DNA of 35,264 bases from Candidatus Kapaibacterium sp. GTDB lineage: Bacteria; Bacteroidota; Ignavibacteria; Kapaibacteriales; UBA2268. The stretch is from the NCBI GenBank assembly GCA_041688685.1, contig JBDNHS010000348.1:1-35264 (forward strand), read 5' to 3'. The notes below the pieces were generated by a model. That model did not search any database. It had not been told where the DNA came from and saw nothing but the letters and a program-made list of their open reading frames with translations. Below are positions 34,280 through 35,264 of the stretch, piece after piece. Positions within the stretch are counted from its first letter, which is position 1; each line of letters starts with the position of its first letter. A program made the translations under genes and the position numbers.

Positions 34280-34397
34280 TGTGGTTCTTTACGACAATTG
34301 TTGTCTTTTATAAATCAATCTAATTTTAATAGTATTATATTAATTAAATAATTATTATATTTGTACTTTAAAAATAAATTAAAAAAAAGGTATTAAG

Positions 34398-35141
34398 ATG
34401 AGAAATATAATAACCTGTTGTTTAATAACAGTTGTATTGGCTGGATGTGTGCAATTACCAAATTTAACTAACATTTCAGAAAATAACATTTCAATCCAAG
34501 AGAAATCAACTGAGAAAAATATTATTCATAATGCAAATATAGGTGAATCAATTTATACTTATAATAAATTTAATTTGTTAAATACTTATGGTTTCAAAAA
34601 CTTAAGTCCAATTATATACAATACACCGTATTGGAGCGGGTGGGATGGTATTACATTTGATAAACATAAAAAAAGTATTATACTTACCGACACTCTTCTT
34701 AACAATACTCATATATTTAAAAATGAAAAAGAAAAACACGAAACTTGGATTTTAAATGATTCTCTACAAAGACATTTCGATGGTATTTTATATCATTGGC
34801 CTTATTATTTTGTAATTGTAAATAATCACATTGAAAAAATTAGTTATACAGCAATGAATAGATCTAGTTTAATCAGTCCTCCAGTGAAAGTTGAAAAGGT
34901 AAATTATGAAAAAAGATTAGACAATATATTTAGTTATGAATTAATTTATAGTGGTATTCAAAATAATAGTATTGTAATAAATTATAGAGAATTTACAAAT
35001 GATTTGATTAGAAGTAATTTTTCACAAACTTATTATTATGCAATAAGTGATTTGAAAGATAATATTATAAAATATAAAAACATAAAAATAAAGATACTTG
35101 AATATGACAACCAATCAATAAAATATTCGGTGATTGATTAA
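34398..35141 (+). CDS. lipoprotein, function unknown
   Basis: Lipobox VVLAGC at residues 12-17, with AAAAGG upstream of the ATG. Confidence 0.5.
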   Translation: MRNIITCCLITVVLAGCVQLPNLTNISENNISIQEKSTEKNIIHNANIGESIYTYNKFNLLNTYGFKNLSPIIYNTPYWSGWDGITFDKHKKSIILTDTLLNNTHIFKNEKEKHETWILNDSLQRHFDGILYHWPYYFVIVNNHIEKISYTAMNRSSLISPPVKVEKVNYEKRLDNIFSYELIYSGIQNNSIVINYREFTNDLIRSNFSQTYYYAISDLKDNIIKYKNIKIKILEYDNQSIKYSVID

Positions 35142-35175
35142 CAGTTGTTAATAAAATCATTATATAGGGCGAGTA

Positions 35176-35264
35176 ATGGCGAAAGAAGAAGAGGTATTTT
35201 TACACTTTACAAATAATGAAGCATTTGAAAGTATTATAAGAAGTAAAACTTTTAGGCTTTATAA
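35176..35264 (+). CDS. start of an ORF running off the window (MAKEEEVFLHFTNNEAFESIIRSKTFRLY...)
   Basis: My translation from ATG at 35176. Only 29 codons are visible. Confidence 0.2.
   Translation, partial: MAKEEEVFLHFTNNEAFESIIRSKTFRLY

Overview
AT-rich bacterial chromosomal window. Typical intergenic blocks are about 15% GC by hand count, lineage-specific genes about 23-28%, and conserved housekeeping genes about 35-40%. The gene content suggests an FCB-group or Ignavibacteria-like organism: a T9SS C-terminal sorting domain protein, many small outer-membrane beta-barrel proteins, Asn-rich low-complexity linkers, and also a full-length flagellar flhB.

Housekeeping backbone: M28 peptidase, nadC, an ECF sigma/anti-sigma pair, an ABC ATPase, clpB (N-terminal half only), flhB, hslV/hslU, miaB and queE. 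I saw no rRNA, tRNA, CRISPR array, integrase or transposase.

Most system-like or unexplained content:
1. 16.9-21.6 kb, between flhB and hslU. It holds an 807-aa single-polypeptide PD-ExK + gamma-class N6-adenine methyltransferase (Type IIG-like candidate). It is flanked by a perfect 30-bp palindrome, a TGCACT iteron cluster, and two ORF-free segments of 38-45% GC made of stacked hairpins (candidate structured RNAs or gene remnants).
2. A HEPN/MNT toxin-antitoxin pair inserted, co-oriented, between hslV and hslU.
3. A convergent pair of S24 (LexA/UmuD-like) peptidase-domain proteins with no recognisable DNA-binding domain.
4. Three tandem paralogous ~200-aa outer-membrane beta-barrel genes directly after the truncated clpB.
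5. An anti-sigma factor whose C-terminus looks like an outer-membrane beta-barrel.
6. A recurring class of 12-14 bp tandem repeats with a TTGAnAAA core, placed upstream of several unrelated genes.

Signs of gene decay or rearrangement: an in-frame TAG in a histidine kinase, the truncated clpB, and an flhB without flagellar neighbours.

All functional calls come from motif recognition in the supplied translations. No database search was possible.
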